Shown: positions 28,818 to 38,901, counted from the first letter of the stretch. The stretch is 64,000 nt of DNA from Candidatus Woesearchaeota archaeon (GCA_018653365.1 JABIAG010000002.1:32001-96000); one strand, 5' to 3'. A program made the numbers and translations. The notes: generated by a model not told the origin, from the letters alone.

Positions 28818-29393
28818 ATGCCCGATCCAGACGTAGTTGCAGATATAAAAGTAGTTTATCAAGATCCTTTTCATTTTAAGAATTTGTACAAGCTTATTTT
28901 CCGTTTCTTATTGGATCATGGTTATTTGGATAAAAAGGTTTCTCCTGACACTAAAATGGAAATTTTGTATTCTGAACAGGTAAGATCTGGCGATGTGAAA
29001 GAGTATCATATTTGGTGGAGAACTAAGAAACAACCTAAAAATAGTTATTTTTTGTATAAGATTGATATTGATTATCTTGGATTGGGTGTTAAGAATACTG
29101 AGGTTTTACAAGGGGATAAAAAGCATAAAATGCAAATTGGCGAGATTACTATTCTGCTTAAGGGCACTTTAATGTTAGAAGCAAATGATTCTAAAGGTAA
29201 GTGGGAAACTGGTTTTTTAAGGTATTTTCGTAATTGGTTTAGAAATAAGTGGTATCATGCTAAGATTGAACAACATGAAGATGAATTGTATGAAGATGTT
29301 TACAAATTACAATCTTTTATTAAGGAATATCTTGAACTTAAACAGTTTGGTGTTTCTCCTGAGATTTTCTTTAAGAGAAAGGGTTTCGAATAA
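28818..29393 (+). CDS. Hypothetical protein
   Basis: Likely ATG at 28818 within the 28758 ORF. Confidence 0.65.
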   Translation: MPDPDVVADIKVVYQDPFHFKNLYKLIFRFLLDHGYLDKKVSPDTKMEILYSEQVRSGDVKEYHIWWRTKKQPKNSYFLYKIDIDYLGLGVKNTEVLQGDKKHKMQIGEITILLKGTLMLEANDSKGKWETGFLRYFRNWFRNKWYHAKIEQHEDELYEDVYKLQSFIKEYLELKQFGVSPEIFFKRKGFE

Positions 29394-29430
29394 TAACTTT
29401 TATAAAGTAATTATCTCTCCCCGTTATTGT

Positions 29431-29516
29431 GCCCCCGTAGCATAGTAGCTATTGCGTTTGACTTGTACGTTTTCAAGGATATCAAAAGGTCGTGAGTGCA
29501 ACTCTCACCGGGGGCC
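29431..29516 (+). tRNA. tRNA-Thr(TGT) with a ~13-nt intron at 37/38 (29468-29480)
   Basis: GCCCCCG/CGGGGGC, TTTGA-CT TGT A|intron|A-TCAAA; atypical D-loop (no GG) and TGCAACT T-loop. Confidence 0.8.
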
Positions 29517-29521
29517 TTATT

Positions 29522-29566
29522 ATAACTTGTTTTCAAGTTATGATATTCAAAAATCAGAGATTTTTG
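29522..29566. repeat. Two palindromes 3' of tRNA-Thr(TGT)
   Basis: ATAACTTG-TTTT-CAAGTTAT and CAAAAATC-AGA-GATTTTTG. Confidence 0.75.
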
Positions 29567-29576
29567 TTTTATTATC

Positions 29577-30470
29577 ATGAAACCTTTTTGTTTAGCGCCA
29601 ATGGCGGGAATTAATTCAACGGCTTTTAGACTTCTTTGTAAAGAGAACGGTGCAGATATAATCTATACTCAAATGTATGATGTTAACTTATTATGCACTA
29701 AGACAAAAGAAGAAGTTAAAAAATTGCTTAATATTAAAAAGGAAGAACATCCTGTTGTGATCCAATTAATTGGATCTAACCTGAAAAAGTTTCGACAAAC
29801 AATTCCGTTGGTGGAAGGTCTTGCAGAAGAGATTAATATTAATGTGGGCTGTATAGAAAAAAGGTATTTAGAACACGATTGTGGTGCAGCTTTGTTAAAA
29901 GATCCTGAAGAGTTGGGATATCTTGTTAAAAGAATTGTTGCATGTACTAAAAAACCAATCAGCGTAAAAATCAGAATTGGGTGGGATGGACAATCTCTTA
30001 ATGCAGTAAAAGTTTGTAATATTCTTGAAGATAATGGGGTTAAAAAGATCATTATTCATGGAAGAACGGCAATGCAGAAGTATGCGGGAAAATCTAATTG
30101 GACTATTATGAAACAGGTTAAAGAAAAATCATCCATTCCAATTATCGCTAATGGTGATGTTAAATCTTACCAGGATGGTCTGGACCTGTTAGAACGTACT
30201 GGTTGTGATGAGGTTATGGTGGGACGAGAAGCTAAATATGCGCCCTGGATTTTTAGTAACAAGCAACTAACAAAAGATGACATTATTAAACAAATCCTGA
30301 GATATATTGAACTTTACGAAACGTATGAAAATAGATGTTCCGTTAGTGAAGTTTACGATCAAGTTTTCAGAATGACGAGAGATATTGAAACTACAATAAA
30401 TAAAAGGGATGTTAAAGAATGCGCTTCCATTGCCGAGATCAAACAGTTTATTTCGGGGCTGAATTCTTAG
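29577..30470 (+). CDS. dus: tRNA-dihydrouridine synthase family protein
   Basis: LAPMAG, NINVGC, GAALL, SVKIRIGW, IHGRT, IIANGDV, VMVGR. Confidence 0.9.
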   Translation: MKPFCLAPMAGINSTAFRLLCKENGADIIYTQMYDVNLLCTKTKEEVKKLLNIKKEEHPVVIQLIGSNLKKFRQTIPLVEGLAEEININVGCIEKRYLEHDCGAALLKDPEELGYLVKRIVACTKKPISVKIRIGWDGQSLNAVKVCNILEDNGVKKIIIHGRTAMQKYAGKSNWTIMKQVKEKSSIPIIANGDVKSYQDGLDLLERTGCDEVMVGREAKYAPWIFSNKQLTKDDIIKQILRYIELYETYENRCSVSEVYDQVFRMTRDIETTINKRDVKECASIAEIKQFISGLNS

Positions 30471-30515
30471 TGAAAAACAGAAAACAATTTAAATGGTTTA
30501 GTTATTGTTGGTTAA

Positions 30516-31070
30516 ATGAACAAACAAGCGATTATGGCATGGGTTGTAGCACTTATCTTTATTTCTAGTGCATTTGGTATGGTTGCTAGTAATATGACTT
30601 CCTCAAAAATAAGATACAACGATCACGTTATTAATGTTGGAGAAGATCGATATTTCTATGAAGTTGATGATGTAGAAGTTTCTTTTTATTCTTCGCCAGG
30701 TTCTGTTGAAAATGTGGTTCTTCCTGAAGACTTTGTTGGAGTTTTAAGAAATACTAAGATGATTTATATGACTGCTGAACTTAATGATACTTTGATTGAA
30801 CCTATCAGTGTTTTAATTTTTGATGTTAGTAAGTATGTTTTTGATACTGATTCAGTGTATGTTCAACCCGCTTTTACTACAAATGAGACTGAACTTCCTA
30901 AAATAACTTGTGAAGATGCGTCTTCTTCGGTTCCAGTAGTATACCTAAAGAAGGGATTAACGAGATCTGCAAGTTTTGTAGATAATTGTTTGAATATTAC
31001 GGTTGCATCTGCTTATGATGTTGCATCATATCGTGATAGATTATTATATGGTTTTTATGGGGTAATTTAA
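30516..31070 (+). CDS. Membrane-anchored hypothetical protein
   Basis: N-terminal TM; C-terminus resembles the next gene (ITC...PVVYLK...NC...DRLLY..YGVI). Confidence 0.65.
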   Translation: MNKQAIMAWVVALIFISSAFGMVASNMTSSKIRYNDHVINVGEDRYFYEVDDVEVSFYSSPGSVENVVLPEDFVGVLRNTKMIYMTAELNDTLIEPISVLIFDVSKYVFDTDSVYVQPAFTTNETELPKITCEDASSSVPVVYLKKGLTRSASFVDNCLNITVASAYDVASYRDRLLYGFYGVI

Positions 31071-31071
31071 G

Positions 31072-31752
31072 ATGGAAGAACACGAAGTTAAAGATGTGGA
31101 AGAGCAAGAACTTGATAAAAGAAGCCAACGAAATATGATCTTTGTTATTGTTATTATTGCACTAGTGGTTATTGGCTTTATTGCGTTTAAAGCATTTCAC
31201 GAACCTGCACCTCAAACGGTTGATGATGTTTTTCAACAAGCTCTTGATGGCAAATTGGATGAGGATGTTGCATATAGTTACAATGGCTATGTTTTTGTTA
31301 ACATTATGGGTTCTTGGATGACGCGTATTCAGGTAGGAAATGAGATGATTGAAATTCCTTTACATTTCGGTCCAAGAGATTTAGAAAATAATATTAGTAT
31401 TATGGGTTCAGTTGATAACCGGTTTACTAGTAATCCTAACTTGTTTATTACTTTTGATCCTAACTCTACACAAATGAAGTATATTGCGTTGTCTGCTGCT
31501 GAACTGAGTTTAAGTCTGGCTAAAGGTATTAAGGTTAATCCTGTTGCGGCTTGTACCTCCAATGAAACAGCTTGTGAGGGTCGTCCAATTGTTACTTGTG
31601 ATTCAACTAACGCGCCAGTAATTTATATCAAGAAGGATAGTGATGCTATGATCGTTCAATCAGGTAATTGTGTTATTCTTTCAGGTAATGAGTGGGACCT
31701 GGTTAGAGTTGTTGATAGATTCTTATTGGCTTGGTATGGGATCATGCCTTAA
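31072..31752 (+). CDS. Membrane-anchored hypothetical protein, paralogous to 30516-31070
   Basis: N-terminal TM; IVTC...PVIYIK...NC...DRFLLAWYGIM. Confidence 0.65.
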   Translation: MEEHEVKDVEEQELDKRSQRNMIFVIVIIALVVIGFIAFKAFHEPAPQTVDDVFQQALDGKLDEDVAYSYNGYVFVNIMGSWMTRIQVGNEMIEIPLHFGPRDLENNISIMGSVDNRFTSNPNLFITFDPNSTQMKYIALSAAELSLSLAKGIKVNPVAACTSNETACEGRPIVTCDSTNAPVIYIKKDSDAMIVQSGNCVILSGNEWDLVRVVDRFLLAWYGIMP

Positions 31753-32096
31753 ACTTCTTTTATTTTATTTTCTTCTGTTGTTACAATTCGCATACCTACT
31801 CCTAATTTTAACACTGCACTGATTATTGCCATGTGTTCAGTTCCAGTTCCAGAAATTAAATTGACTGCGACCTCTTCAAAGCTTAATTTATTTTTTAAAC
31901 TAGCGTGGATCTGATCTCTCATCTCGTTAACATTGCCTTTCACAACTATTAGCTCTGCTTTTTCATGTGTGAATTTTTCTTTTCCGAAATCATTTGTAAT
32001 TAAGAATACTTTTTCCCATGGTTCTGAGTCTATCAGTTTGATTACTTCTGTCCAGGTTCCTTTACCGGTTGATAAGCAGGCGATTAGTTTGGTCAT
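31749..32096 (-). CDS. Small alpha/beta hypothetical protein
   Basis: LIACLSTGKGTW...VAVNLISGTGTEHMA. Confidence 0.65.
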   Translation of the reverse strand: MTKLIACLSTGKGTWTEVIKLIDSEPWEKVFLITNDFGKEKFTHEKAELIVVKGNVNEMRDQIHASLKNKLSFEEVAVNLISGTGTEHMAIISAVLKLGVGMRIVTTEENKIKEV

Positions 32097-32171
32097 TATA
32101 TAATTAATCTTCTTTTGTTTTTAACTTTTTTGCTCCAAAAAATTTATATACTCAAAACCTTAGGTATTTTT

Positions 32172-32636
32172 ATGCCTATTCAACAACCTGTTCAACCGGT
32201 TCAACAGCCAGTACAACAACCTGTTCAGCCTGTTCAACCTCCGGTTCAACCAGGTTATCAAACCGTTCAGGCAATACAACCTGTTCAACAACCTGTTCAA
32301 CAAGGGGTAGTTCAACAACCCTTGTTTAAAAGTCCTAAACAAATGGCTATTGAGTTTTTTGTTGGCTTTTTTGCTATGTGGGGAATTATGATTCTTCAGG
32401 CCTGGGCTACTCGTTCTCAGTTTGGGGGCATGATTAGTGATACGCGGACTGCATTGACTGCTTCATTAGGTCTTTCTGTTCTGCTTTTGGTTGTTTATAT
32501 TGGTTTAGTTATTTTTCTGATTTTTAAGTTGAAAAAGTCCCTTGTTGTGATCGGGTCTTTGATAGGTTTTCCTATCATTTACTTGTTGAGTGAGGGCGTT
32601 CGTGAGGGCTTTCAGATATTTTTCGCGTTTCTTTAA
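32172..32636 (+). CDS. Membrane protein with an N-terminal QQPV tandem-repeat tail
   Basis: CAACAACCTGTT-type units at about 32181-32320; 3 TM helices. Confidence 0.7.
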   Translation: MPIQQPVQPVQQPVQQPVQPVQPPVQPGYQTVQAIQPVQQPVQQGVVQQPLFKSPKQMAIEFFVGFFAMWGIMILQAWATRSQFGGMISDTRTALTASLGLSVLLLVVYIGLVIFLIFKLKKSLVVIGSLIGFPIIYLLSEGVREGFQIFFAFL

Positions 32637-32676
32637 AAAGAAAACAATTAAATACTCCCTTCTTTAAAATAAACCT

Positions 32677-34098
32677 ATGGATGGTAAGGTAAGGTTTGCT
32701 GAAGTGGTTTTAGTAATCTTAATTGTCTTAAATATTCTTGATTTTTTTAAATTTCTTCCAGAGGACCTTGATTTTGTTAAGAAGATTATTTCTTGGACAA
32801 TTCTTGCAGTTTTATTTTATAAGATTGGTTTTGTTTGGATCTTTCTTGGTAAAGATAAATGTGAAAAATGTGGGATTTTGCCTACGAGAGCCCTTGATGG
32901 ATTTATTTTAGTTTTTTATCTTCTTTTTTTAGTGAAAAACTTGCTTGCTATTACTGTGGGTACAGAGTCTAATTGGTTTCATAGTTTGTTTTTATTATTT
33001 GCCACGTATGGTGCCCAAATTGAACTGGTTTCTTTTTATGTTGGGGGGATAGGTTTGTTGGTGATTTCATTTTATTTAGCATTCTGTAAGATTAACGAAC
33101 CGAGTTTACTAGGAAATTTACATCTAACTGACAAACCATGGTTAGTAAAGTTTATTGCTATTTTTCTTGTTCTAACCTCTTTCTTGATCCTTGTTTTCGA
33201 TCTAGTTTTAGAATGGTTGGGAATTGCAGTTGATAGTTTGATTATTATTGTTGCATTAATAATTTATTTTGTTTTTATTGTAAAGAATCATCAAAGGTTC
33301 ATGCCAGGAAATTTGTTATATAGAATTGGTAATTTTGGAGAAACTTTTTACGAAAGAGTAATTAGATTTTTCCACGATAAAGAAAAAATATTCTTAGGAG
33401 TTACGGGCTTACTTATACTTCATTTGTTAACTGAAGTGGGTAATTTCTTATTACCTTATGTGTTTAATTTAACAAATTCTTTATACTTTCATAAGTTGGG
33501 TCATCAACCAATTTATTCTTTATTATCCCAAGATGTTGCTAATTTTGGTTTTTATGCTTACTTCTCTTATATCTTCAATGTTTTTGCTATTTTTGCTTTG
33601 GTAATTCTTGCAGGATTTATCTGGTTTGAAATTTACAAGAATCAACGTCGAGGGATTCCTGGTTGGGTATTGGCATTGTTCTTTGCGTCTCTTCCAAGTT
33701 TTTTATTGACGCCTTTATTTAAATTGAAAGCACTAGTTTCTGGAGAATTAGTGGGAGTAAATCTTGTTTCACAAAATATTTTCGGAAACATTCAATTAAT
33801 AGTCTTAGTGTCCATAGCGTTTGGAATTATTATTTTCTTACTTTCGTTTTCTCCATTGATTAAGAAGATGTTATATCACTTAACTATTGCATCTAGTTTA
33901 GCATTCTTGTTTTATTATTTGTTCTTATTCTATTCTAGTACTGCTGCATATTATAATGGTTCTTTAAAGTTGTTATTGGGGTCAGGAATGTTTTTAGTTT
34001 CATTTTATTTCTTAATCTTCTATCTAATTAAGATATTATTTCTTGTTTTTGCGGTTTTTAAATTGTTAATTCAGATGATAAGGGATCATTTGCTTTAG
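32677..34098 (+). CDS. Polytopic membrane protein of unknown function
   Basis: About 12 hydrophobic segments. Confidence 0.7.
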   Translation: MDGKVRFAEVVLVILIVLNILDFFKFLPEDLDFVKKIISWTILAVLFYKIGFVWIFLGKDKCEKCGILPTRALDGFILVFYLLFLVKNLLAITVGTESNWFHSLFLLFATYGAQIELVSFYVGGIGLLVISFYLAFCKINEPSLLGNLHLTDKPWLVKFIAIFLVLTSFLILVFDLVLEWLGIAVDSLIIIVALIIYFVFIVKNHQRFMPGNLLYRIGNFGETFYERVIRFFHDKEKIFLGVTGLLILHLLTEVGNFLLPYVFNLTNSLYFHKLGHQPIYSLLSQDVANFGFYAYFSYIFNVFAIFALVILAGFIWFEIYKNQRRGIPGWVLALFFASLPSFLLTPLFKLKALVSGELVGVNLVSQNIFGNIQLIVLVSIAFGIIIFLLSFSPLIKKMLYHLTIASSLAFLFYYLFLFYSSTAAYYNGSLKLLLGSGMFLVSFYFLIFYLIKILFLVFAVFKLLIQMIRDHLL

Positions 34099-34190
34099 AA
34101 AAGTTTATAACCCGTTTTTATGCTCAGAACTGAATGAAATAATGTTATGCGGTAGAAACCTTTTTATAAGACTTATTTAACATCCTTTTA

Positions 34191-34631
34191 ATGAAGTATT
34201 CCAAATTACAAGCTAAATATTCTCTTCCTGATATTGACATTCTTGACTATGAGTTTGAAATAGAAAAAGACAAGCCGTTTATTCTTAGAGAAATAAGGAG
34301 GAGAGTAAGTGATAAGTTAAATATTTATTGTGACTTGTTGCATGGCATATTACAACCTGACACCTCTTCTATCGAGCAAATGTATGAAGTTACACACTTT
34401 GATGAGAAAGCCAAAGCAGGTATCTTTAATTTGTACAAAAAATTAATGAGATTACATAGGTATTCTGTAGAGGCTGCTTTGGATGGTGAGGAATTAGAGG
34501 CCAAATTCATTAATGATGTGTTTAAAGAATGGAAAAGTATAAAAGAAAAGTTAAGAGTTATTGTTAATAAGATGAAGTTGAGTTGGGATAGCGCGGATGC
34601 AAAAGAAGAAGACTTGAGGTATTTAGGATGA
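34191..34631 (+). CDS. Hypothetical protein
   Basis: 146-aa helical ORF. Confidence 0.65.
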   Translation: MKYSKLQAKYSLPDIDILDYEFEIEKDKPFILREIRRRVSDKLNIYCDLLHGILQPDTSSIEQMYEVTHFDEKAKAGIFNLYKKLMRLHRYSVEAALDGEELEAKFINDVFKEWKSIKEKLRVIVNKMKLSWDSADAKEEDLRYLG

Positions 34632-34677
34632 TGATGAAATGTAATGAATTAATCTCAGAAGGGAGTGGAGCGTACTG

Positions 34678-35313
34678 ATGATGAAAACTGTAATTTTTAT
34701 TGGAGCACCCGGTGTGGGAAAGGGAACTTACACCTCAAAGATTGTTGATAAGTATGGATGGTTTCATGTTTCACCAGGAGAACTATTAAGAGAGAATGTT
34801 CGTGAAAAAACCGAATTAGGTAACAAAATTGCTGCAGTTATGCAATCTGGAGACCTAATTGATGATGATTTAGTTATTGGTGTTATCAAAAACGCAATTG
34901 AGGGAAAAGATAGTGTGCTTTTTGATGGTTTTCCCAGAACAGTTTACCAAGCTGAAAAACTTGATGATTTTGCTAAGCCTAGTTTGATTATTAACTTTGT
35001 TGCGGATGAAGAAAAAATTGTTGAAAGACTTTCTGGTAGAAGAGTCTGTCCTGAATGTGAAGCAATATTTCATGTTAAAAACATTCCGTCCAAAGTTGAG
35101 GGAGTTTGTGATAAGTGTAGTGGAGCACTAGTTCAAAGAAAGGATGATCTTCCAGAGGCAATTAAAGAACGATTAAGAGTTTTTCATGAGTTAACACAGC
35201 CAGTTGTTGAGTTTTATCGTGAACGTGAAGAATTTAAAGTGGTTGATGCTAATTCTGATGATGTGGATAGTATTGTTGAAAATACTATGAACATTATAAA
35301 CGTTGATCAATAA
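34678..35313 (+). CDS. adk: Adenylate kinase (bacterial/eukaryal type, Zn lid)
   Basis: GAPGVGKGT, FDGFPRT, RLSGRRVCPEC...CDKC...QRKDD. Confidence 0.93.
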   Translation: MMKTVIFIGAPGVGKGTYTSKIVDKYGWFHVSPGELLRENVREKTELGNKIAAVMQSGDLIDDDLVIGVIKNAIEGKDSVLFDGFPRTVYQAEKLDDFAKPSLIINFVADEEKIVERLSGRRVCPECEAIFHVKNIPSKVEGVCDKCSGALVQRKDDLPEAIKERLRVFHELTQPVVEFYREREEFKVVDANSDDVDSIVENTMNIINVDQ

Positions 35314-35345
35314 AATATTTAAACTCCGACCAATTATTTAAGCAC

Positions 35346-36311
35346 ATGATTCCTGAAAAGCTTAAACAAGGTGATGAAATTAGAATTATTGCTCCTTCTA
35401 GAAGTTTAGCTTTGCTTTCACAAGAAAATAAGGATTTGGCAACTAAAAAACTTGAAGAGCTTGGTTTTAAGGTTACTTTTGGTTTTAATGTTGATGAAAA
35501 AGATGAGTTTATTTCTTCTTCTATTGAATCGAGAGTTAAAGACATTCATGATGCTTTTAGTGATAAGAACGTTAAAGCAATACTCACTGTTATTGGTGGT
35601 TTTAATTGCAATCAATTACTGTCTTACCTAGATTATGATTTAATAAAAAATAATCCAAAAATATTTTGTGGGTATTCAGATATTACTGCTTTGCAGAATA
35701 CTTTTTTGAAAAAATCTGATCTTGTTACTTATTCCGGACCTCATTTTTCAACTTTCGCGATGAAGAACGGGTTTGAGTTTACTTTGGATTCTTTTAAAAA
35801 ATGTTTGATGAGTTCAGAACCTGTTGAAATAATTGCTTCTGAGAACTGGAGTGATGATTCTTGGTGGGAAAATCAAGAAGATCGAAATTTCATTCAGAAT
35901 AACGGTTTTCTTAATATTAACTCTGGTGAGGCTGAAGGAACTCTTGTGGGGGGTAACATTTGTACTTTGAATTTGTTACAAGGAACTGAGTTCATGCCTT
36001 CATTAGAAAACTCCATCTTATTTATTGAGGATGATGAAGAGTCAAAGGCAGTTAATTTTGATAGGGATTTACAATCTTTGATACATCTTCCTGAGTTCAA
36101 GGGTGTTAAAGGAATAGTTATTGGTAGGTTTCAGAAAGCATCTAAAGTAACTGATGATTTGTTAATTAAAATCATTAAGACAAAGAAAGAGTTATCTAAC
36201 ATTCCAGTAATTGCAAATGTTGATTTTGGTCATACTATGCCCCTTATTACTTTCCCTATTGGTGGAAAGGTTAGAATCTCGGATGGTAAGTTGCTGCTTT
36301 TGGAGCATTAA
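35346..36311 (+). CDS. S66 peptidase (LD-carboxypeptidase/MccF family)
   Basis: IIAPS, IGGFNCNQLL, GYSDIT, GGN, DFGHT. Confidence 0.9.
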   Translation: MIPEKLKQGDEIRIIAPSRSLALLSQENKDLATKKLEELGFKVTFGFNVDEKDEFISSSIESRVKDIHDAFSDKNVKAILTVIGGFNCNQLLSYLDYDLIKNNPKIFCGYSDITALQNTFLKKSDLVTYSGPHFSTFAMKNGFEFTLDSFKKCLMSSEPVEIIASENWSDDSWWENQEDRNFIQNNGFLNINSGEAEGTLVGGNICTLNLLQGTEFMPSLENSILFIEDDEESKAVNFDRDLQSLIHLPEFKGVKGIVIGRFQKASKVTDDLLIKIIKTKKELSNIPVIANVDFGHTMPLITFPIGGKVRISDGKLLLLEH

Positions 36312-37155
36312 TTAATTGATCAATAAATACTGTTGCATAACTTCCTTTTGGTAAGAAAAATTTGAGTTTAATTCCTTCTTTTACTTTTTCTATCTCTAAA
36401 TCTTTTACTTCACACCATACTTTTCTTATATCTCCTTCTGAACTGATTTCTGGGATTTGTCTAATTATGAAATCTCTTGGTTTTATCTCTTCACTTTTTG
36501 TTATTTGGTTTTGAAAATGGTTCCCAAACCCAATTAGTTCTACTTCCTCTTTGCTATTGTCCAGGTTTATGCTTTCATTCCATATCCAGGACTGATACGC
36601 GTGTATGTAAAGTGTTAACACTTTTTTATTTAAACCTCTTAATGATAGTACTGCATTAGAATCGTCTAGTTCTAGTAGGTTACATGCTTTTTTGAAGTCT
36701 TTTTTTACTATTGCTCTTCCAACTTCTGCATTGTTGCCCCCAAATCTTTGGGGACCGTAATAATTTACAAACTTAGTTATCTTTTCTGGAACTTCTTCAA
36801 CGTCATATATGATTATTTCAAAGTTGTTTCCATCGAGGTCTCCAAGTGATACTGGTTTGTCGCCTTTGCCAAGATATGTTAATTTGATTCCTTCTAATTT
36901 GGTTCTTTCTAGTTTATCCTTTCCGATGAATTTTACTGAACATACCTGGGATGTGATTGCTTTTTTGTCTTTGTTTCCTGCAAATCCTATGTTGCGAAAT
37001 TGTGTATGTAGTGCTTTTGCTACTGCTTCTAGTGCTCTTACTGTATTGTAATTTTCTTTTTCCATTAAGAAATAGGTGTAGTCTCCTTTTTCTCCAATTA
37101 CCACATTACTTTTCTCTTTTACAATAAAGTCTGATGGTGTTTGTTTTAGTTTCAT
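36271..37155 (-). CDS. truD: tRNA pseudouridine synthase TruD (compact)
   Basis: PSDFIVKE, FAGNKDKKAITSQ, GNNF, NYYGPQRFG, LPKGSYAT. Confidence 0.92.
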   Translation of the reverse strand: MKLKQTPSDFIVKEKSNVVIGEKGDYTYFLMEKENYNTVRALEAVAKALHTQFRNIGFAGNKDKKAITSQVCSVKFIGKDKLERTKLEGIKLTYLGKGDKPVSLGDLDGNNFEIIIYDVEEVPEKITKFVNYYGPQRFGGNNAEVGRAIVKKDFKKACNLLELDDSNAVLSLRGLNKKVLTLYIHAYQSWIWNESINLDNSKEEVELIGFGNHFQNQITKSEEIKPRDFIIRQIPEISSEGDIRKVWCEVKDLEIEKVKEGIKLKFFLPKGSYATVFIDQLINAPKAATYHPRF

Positions 37156-37283
37156 ATTAAACAATAAATAAGAATTAGTTAAAAAGGTTGTCCTCTGTTT
37201 GTTTTACACTGTTGGAGATTTCGCCCTGTCTCTGCCCAGAAGATTAGAAAGCATTATAAAATAATTCTTATTCGTTAATTCAT

Positions 37284-37402
37284 GCGCCTGTAGCTCAGCC
37301 TGGATACCGGAAAATCTTGATTTTACTGGATTGACCCGGTAGGGTAAATAGAGTGGCACCCTCCTAAGGTGAAGGTCCGGGGTTCAAATCCTCGCAGGCG
37401 CG
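37284..37402 (+). tRNA. tRNA-Arg(CCT) with a 44-nt D-loop intron (best fit 19/20; 37304-37347)
   Basis: GCGCCTG/CAGGCGC-G; BHB with central GCCU/GGGU, bulges GGA and AAA, intron helix UACCGG/CCGGUA. Confidence 0.9.
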
Positions 37403-37465
37403 TAACGGAGTGAAGCAACTGCGTAGGTGTTGGGAACGTAAGTGACCACATCTCGCAGGCGCGTA
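37391..37465 (+). repeat. 14-bp duplication of the tRNA-Arg 3' end flanking a 47-bp insert with a GAACGTAAGTGA-capped hairpin
   Basis: CTCGCAGGCGCGTA at 37391-37404 and 37452-37465. Confidence 0.85.
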
Positions 37466-37472
37466 TTTTAAA

Positions 37473-38411
37473 ATGAATGTTTTAGTAACTGGCGGGGCAG
37501 GCTTTATTGGTAGTGCCTGTGTAAGAGAATTAGTAAAGAGTCATAGTGTAATAGTAGTTGACAATCTTTCCAAAGGAAGAAAAGAATTAGTGGATTCTAA
37601 AGCTAAACTTTATGAAGTTGATTTAACAAATCAATCTGCACTAGAATCCGTTTTTGCTGAAAACAAAATTGATGCAATAATCCACTTTGCAGCTTACAAA
37701 GCTGTTGATGAATCAATGGAAGATGCAGTTAAGTATTCTGATAATGTTAATGGAACTATTAATTTACTAAACGCAATGGTAAAACATAATGTAAAACAAA
37801 TAATCTTTTCTTCTACTGCTGCCGTTTATGGCATGCCTGATAAGGACGTTATTGATGAAGACACTGAAACTAAACCAATGAGTTTTTATGGCTTTACTAA
37901 ACTTAATATTGAACAACTTCTCAAATGGTATCACGAGATACATAACATCAACTACATTGCTTTAAGATACTTTAATGTTGCAGGGGATGCGGGTTTACAT
38001 TATGTTGATCCTGCTGCTAAAAACATTTTCCCAATCATTATGGAAGTTATTGAGGGCAAAAGAGATAAACTTACAGTTTTTGGTACTGATTATCCTACTC
38101 GAGATGGGACTGCAATAAGGGATTATATTGATGTTAACGATTTAGTTGATGCTCACATTCTTGCTCTCACTACAAAGTATGTGGGAATTATTAATTTGGG
38201 TACTGGTGAAGGGTATTCTGTTAAAGAGTTAGTTGTAGCTTTCAAAGAGGTAACTGGAAAAGAGTTTATTGTTGAATATGGTGATCGTAGGCCAGGGGAT
38301 CCTGCTACTGTTCTTGCTTCTAACACGCGTGCTAAAGAAATTCTAAACTGGGCCCCTAAGCGTGATGTTAAAGAGATGATTAAGTCAACTTATGAAGCCT
38401 ATAACAGTTAG
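37473..38411 (+). CDS. galE: UDP-glucose 4-epimerase
   Basis: TGGAGFIGS, FSSTAAVYG, YGFTK, LRYFNVAG, DGTAIRDYI. Confidence 0.92.
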   Translation: MNVLVTGGAGFIGSACVRELVKSHSVIVVDNLSKGRKELVDSKAKLYEVDLTNQSALESVFAENKIDAIIHFAAYKAVDESMEDAVKYSDNVNGTINLLNAMVKHNVKQIIFSSTAAVYGMPDKDVIDEDTETKPMSFYGFTKLNIEQLLKWYHEIHNINYIALRYFNVAGDAGLHYVDPAAKNIFPIIMEVIEGKRDKLTVFGTDYPTRDGTAIRDYIDVNDLVDAHILALTTKYVGIINLGTGEGYSVKELVVAFKEVTGKEFIVEYGDRRPGDPATVLASNTRAKEILNWAPKRDVKEMIKSTYEAYNS

Positions 38412-38442
38412 TTTTTTAAATGGATGTTAAGTTCTCGTAATT

Positions 38443-38901
38443 ATGTCAGCAGGAAGATTTAATCAAAGATGCGCTACATGTAATCCACGAAATGGTACTG
38501 CACGCTATAGACCTACTGAAGAAACTTTGAGAGGATTAATAGCAGGCAGATCTGCTGTTGATCCAACACCCACATTCTATGCGGGGTGTTCAGCTCATAT
38601 GCGAGAACGTGGATGGACTGTGGGAAAGGCGGCTAAAGAATTAGCACCGGGTTTTGATTTGGCAAAAAACACTTCTGAGTATCTTGTTGAACGAGCTAGG
38701 AATGGTAAAATTTTTGTTCCTTGTATTTTAGAATCACGTTTTGATCCTGAAATTCCTTATATTAGTTTTGTTTCAGCTTTTTTCAGGTTATGTGAGGCAA
38801 CTCCTGATCTTTTACATGAGTGGGGAAAAATCTTGCCTGCTTCTTCAGGGGAAGGGTATGTACAACCTGTTACTTTTAAGGAAGTTTTGAGAGAATTATA
38901 A
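38443..38901 (+). CDS. Orphan hypothetical protein
   Basis: 152-aa ORF, N-terminal CxxC. Confidence 0.5.
   Translation: MSAGRFNQRCATCNPRNGTARYRPTEETLRGLIAGRSAVDPTPTFYAGCSAHMRERGWTVGKAAKELAPGFDLAKNTSEYLVERARNGKIFVPCILESRFDPEIPYISFVSAFFRLCEATPDLLHEWGKILPASSGEGYVQPVTFKEVLREL

Noticed and set aside
27689-29516. Island bounded by two tRNA-Thr genes
   Set aside because: Different isoacceptors in opposite orientation, with no shared att repeat.
34655-34680. Another GA-capped hairpin element (GGAGTGGAGCGTACTGA)
   Set aside because: Too degenerate, and explainable as the adk ribosome-binding region.
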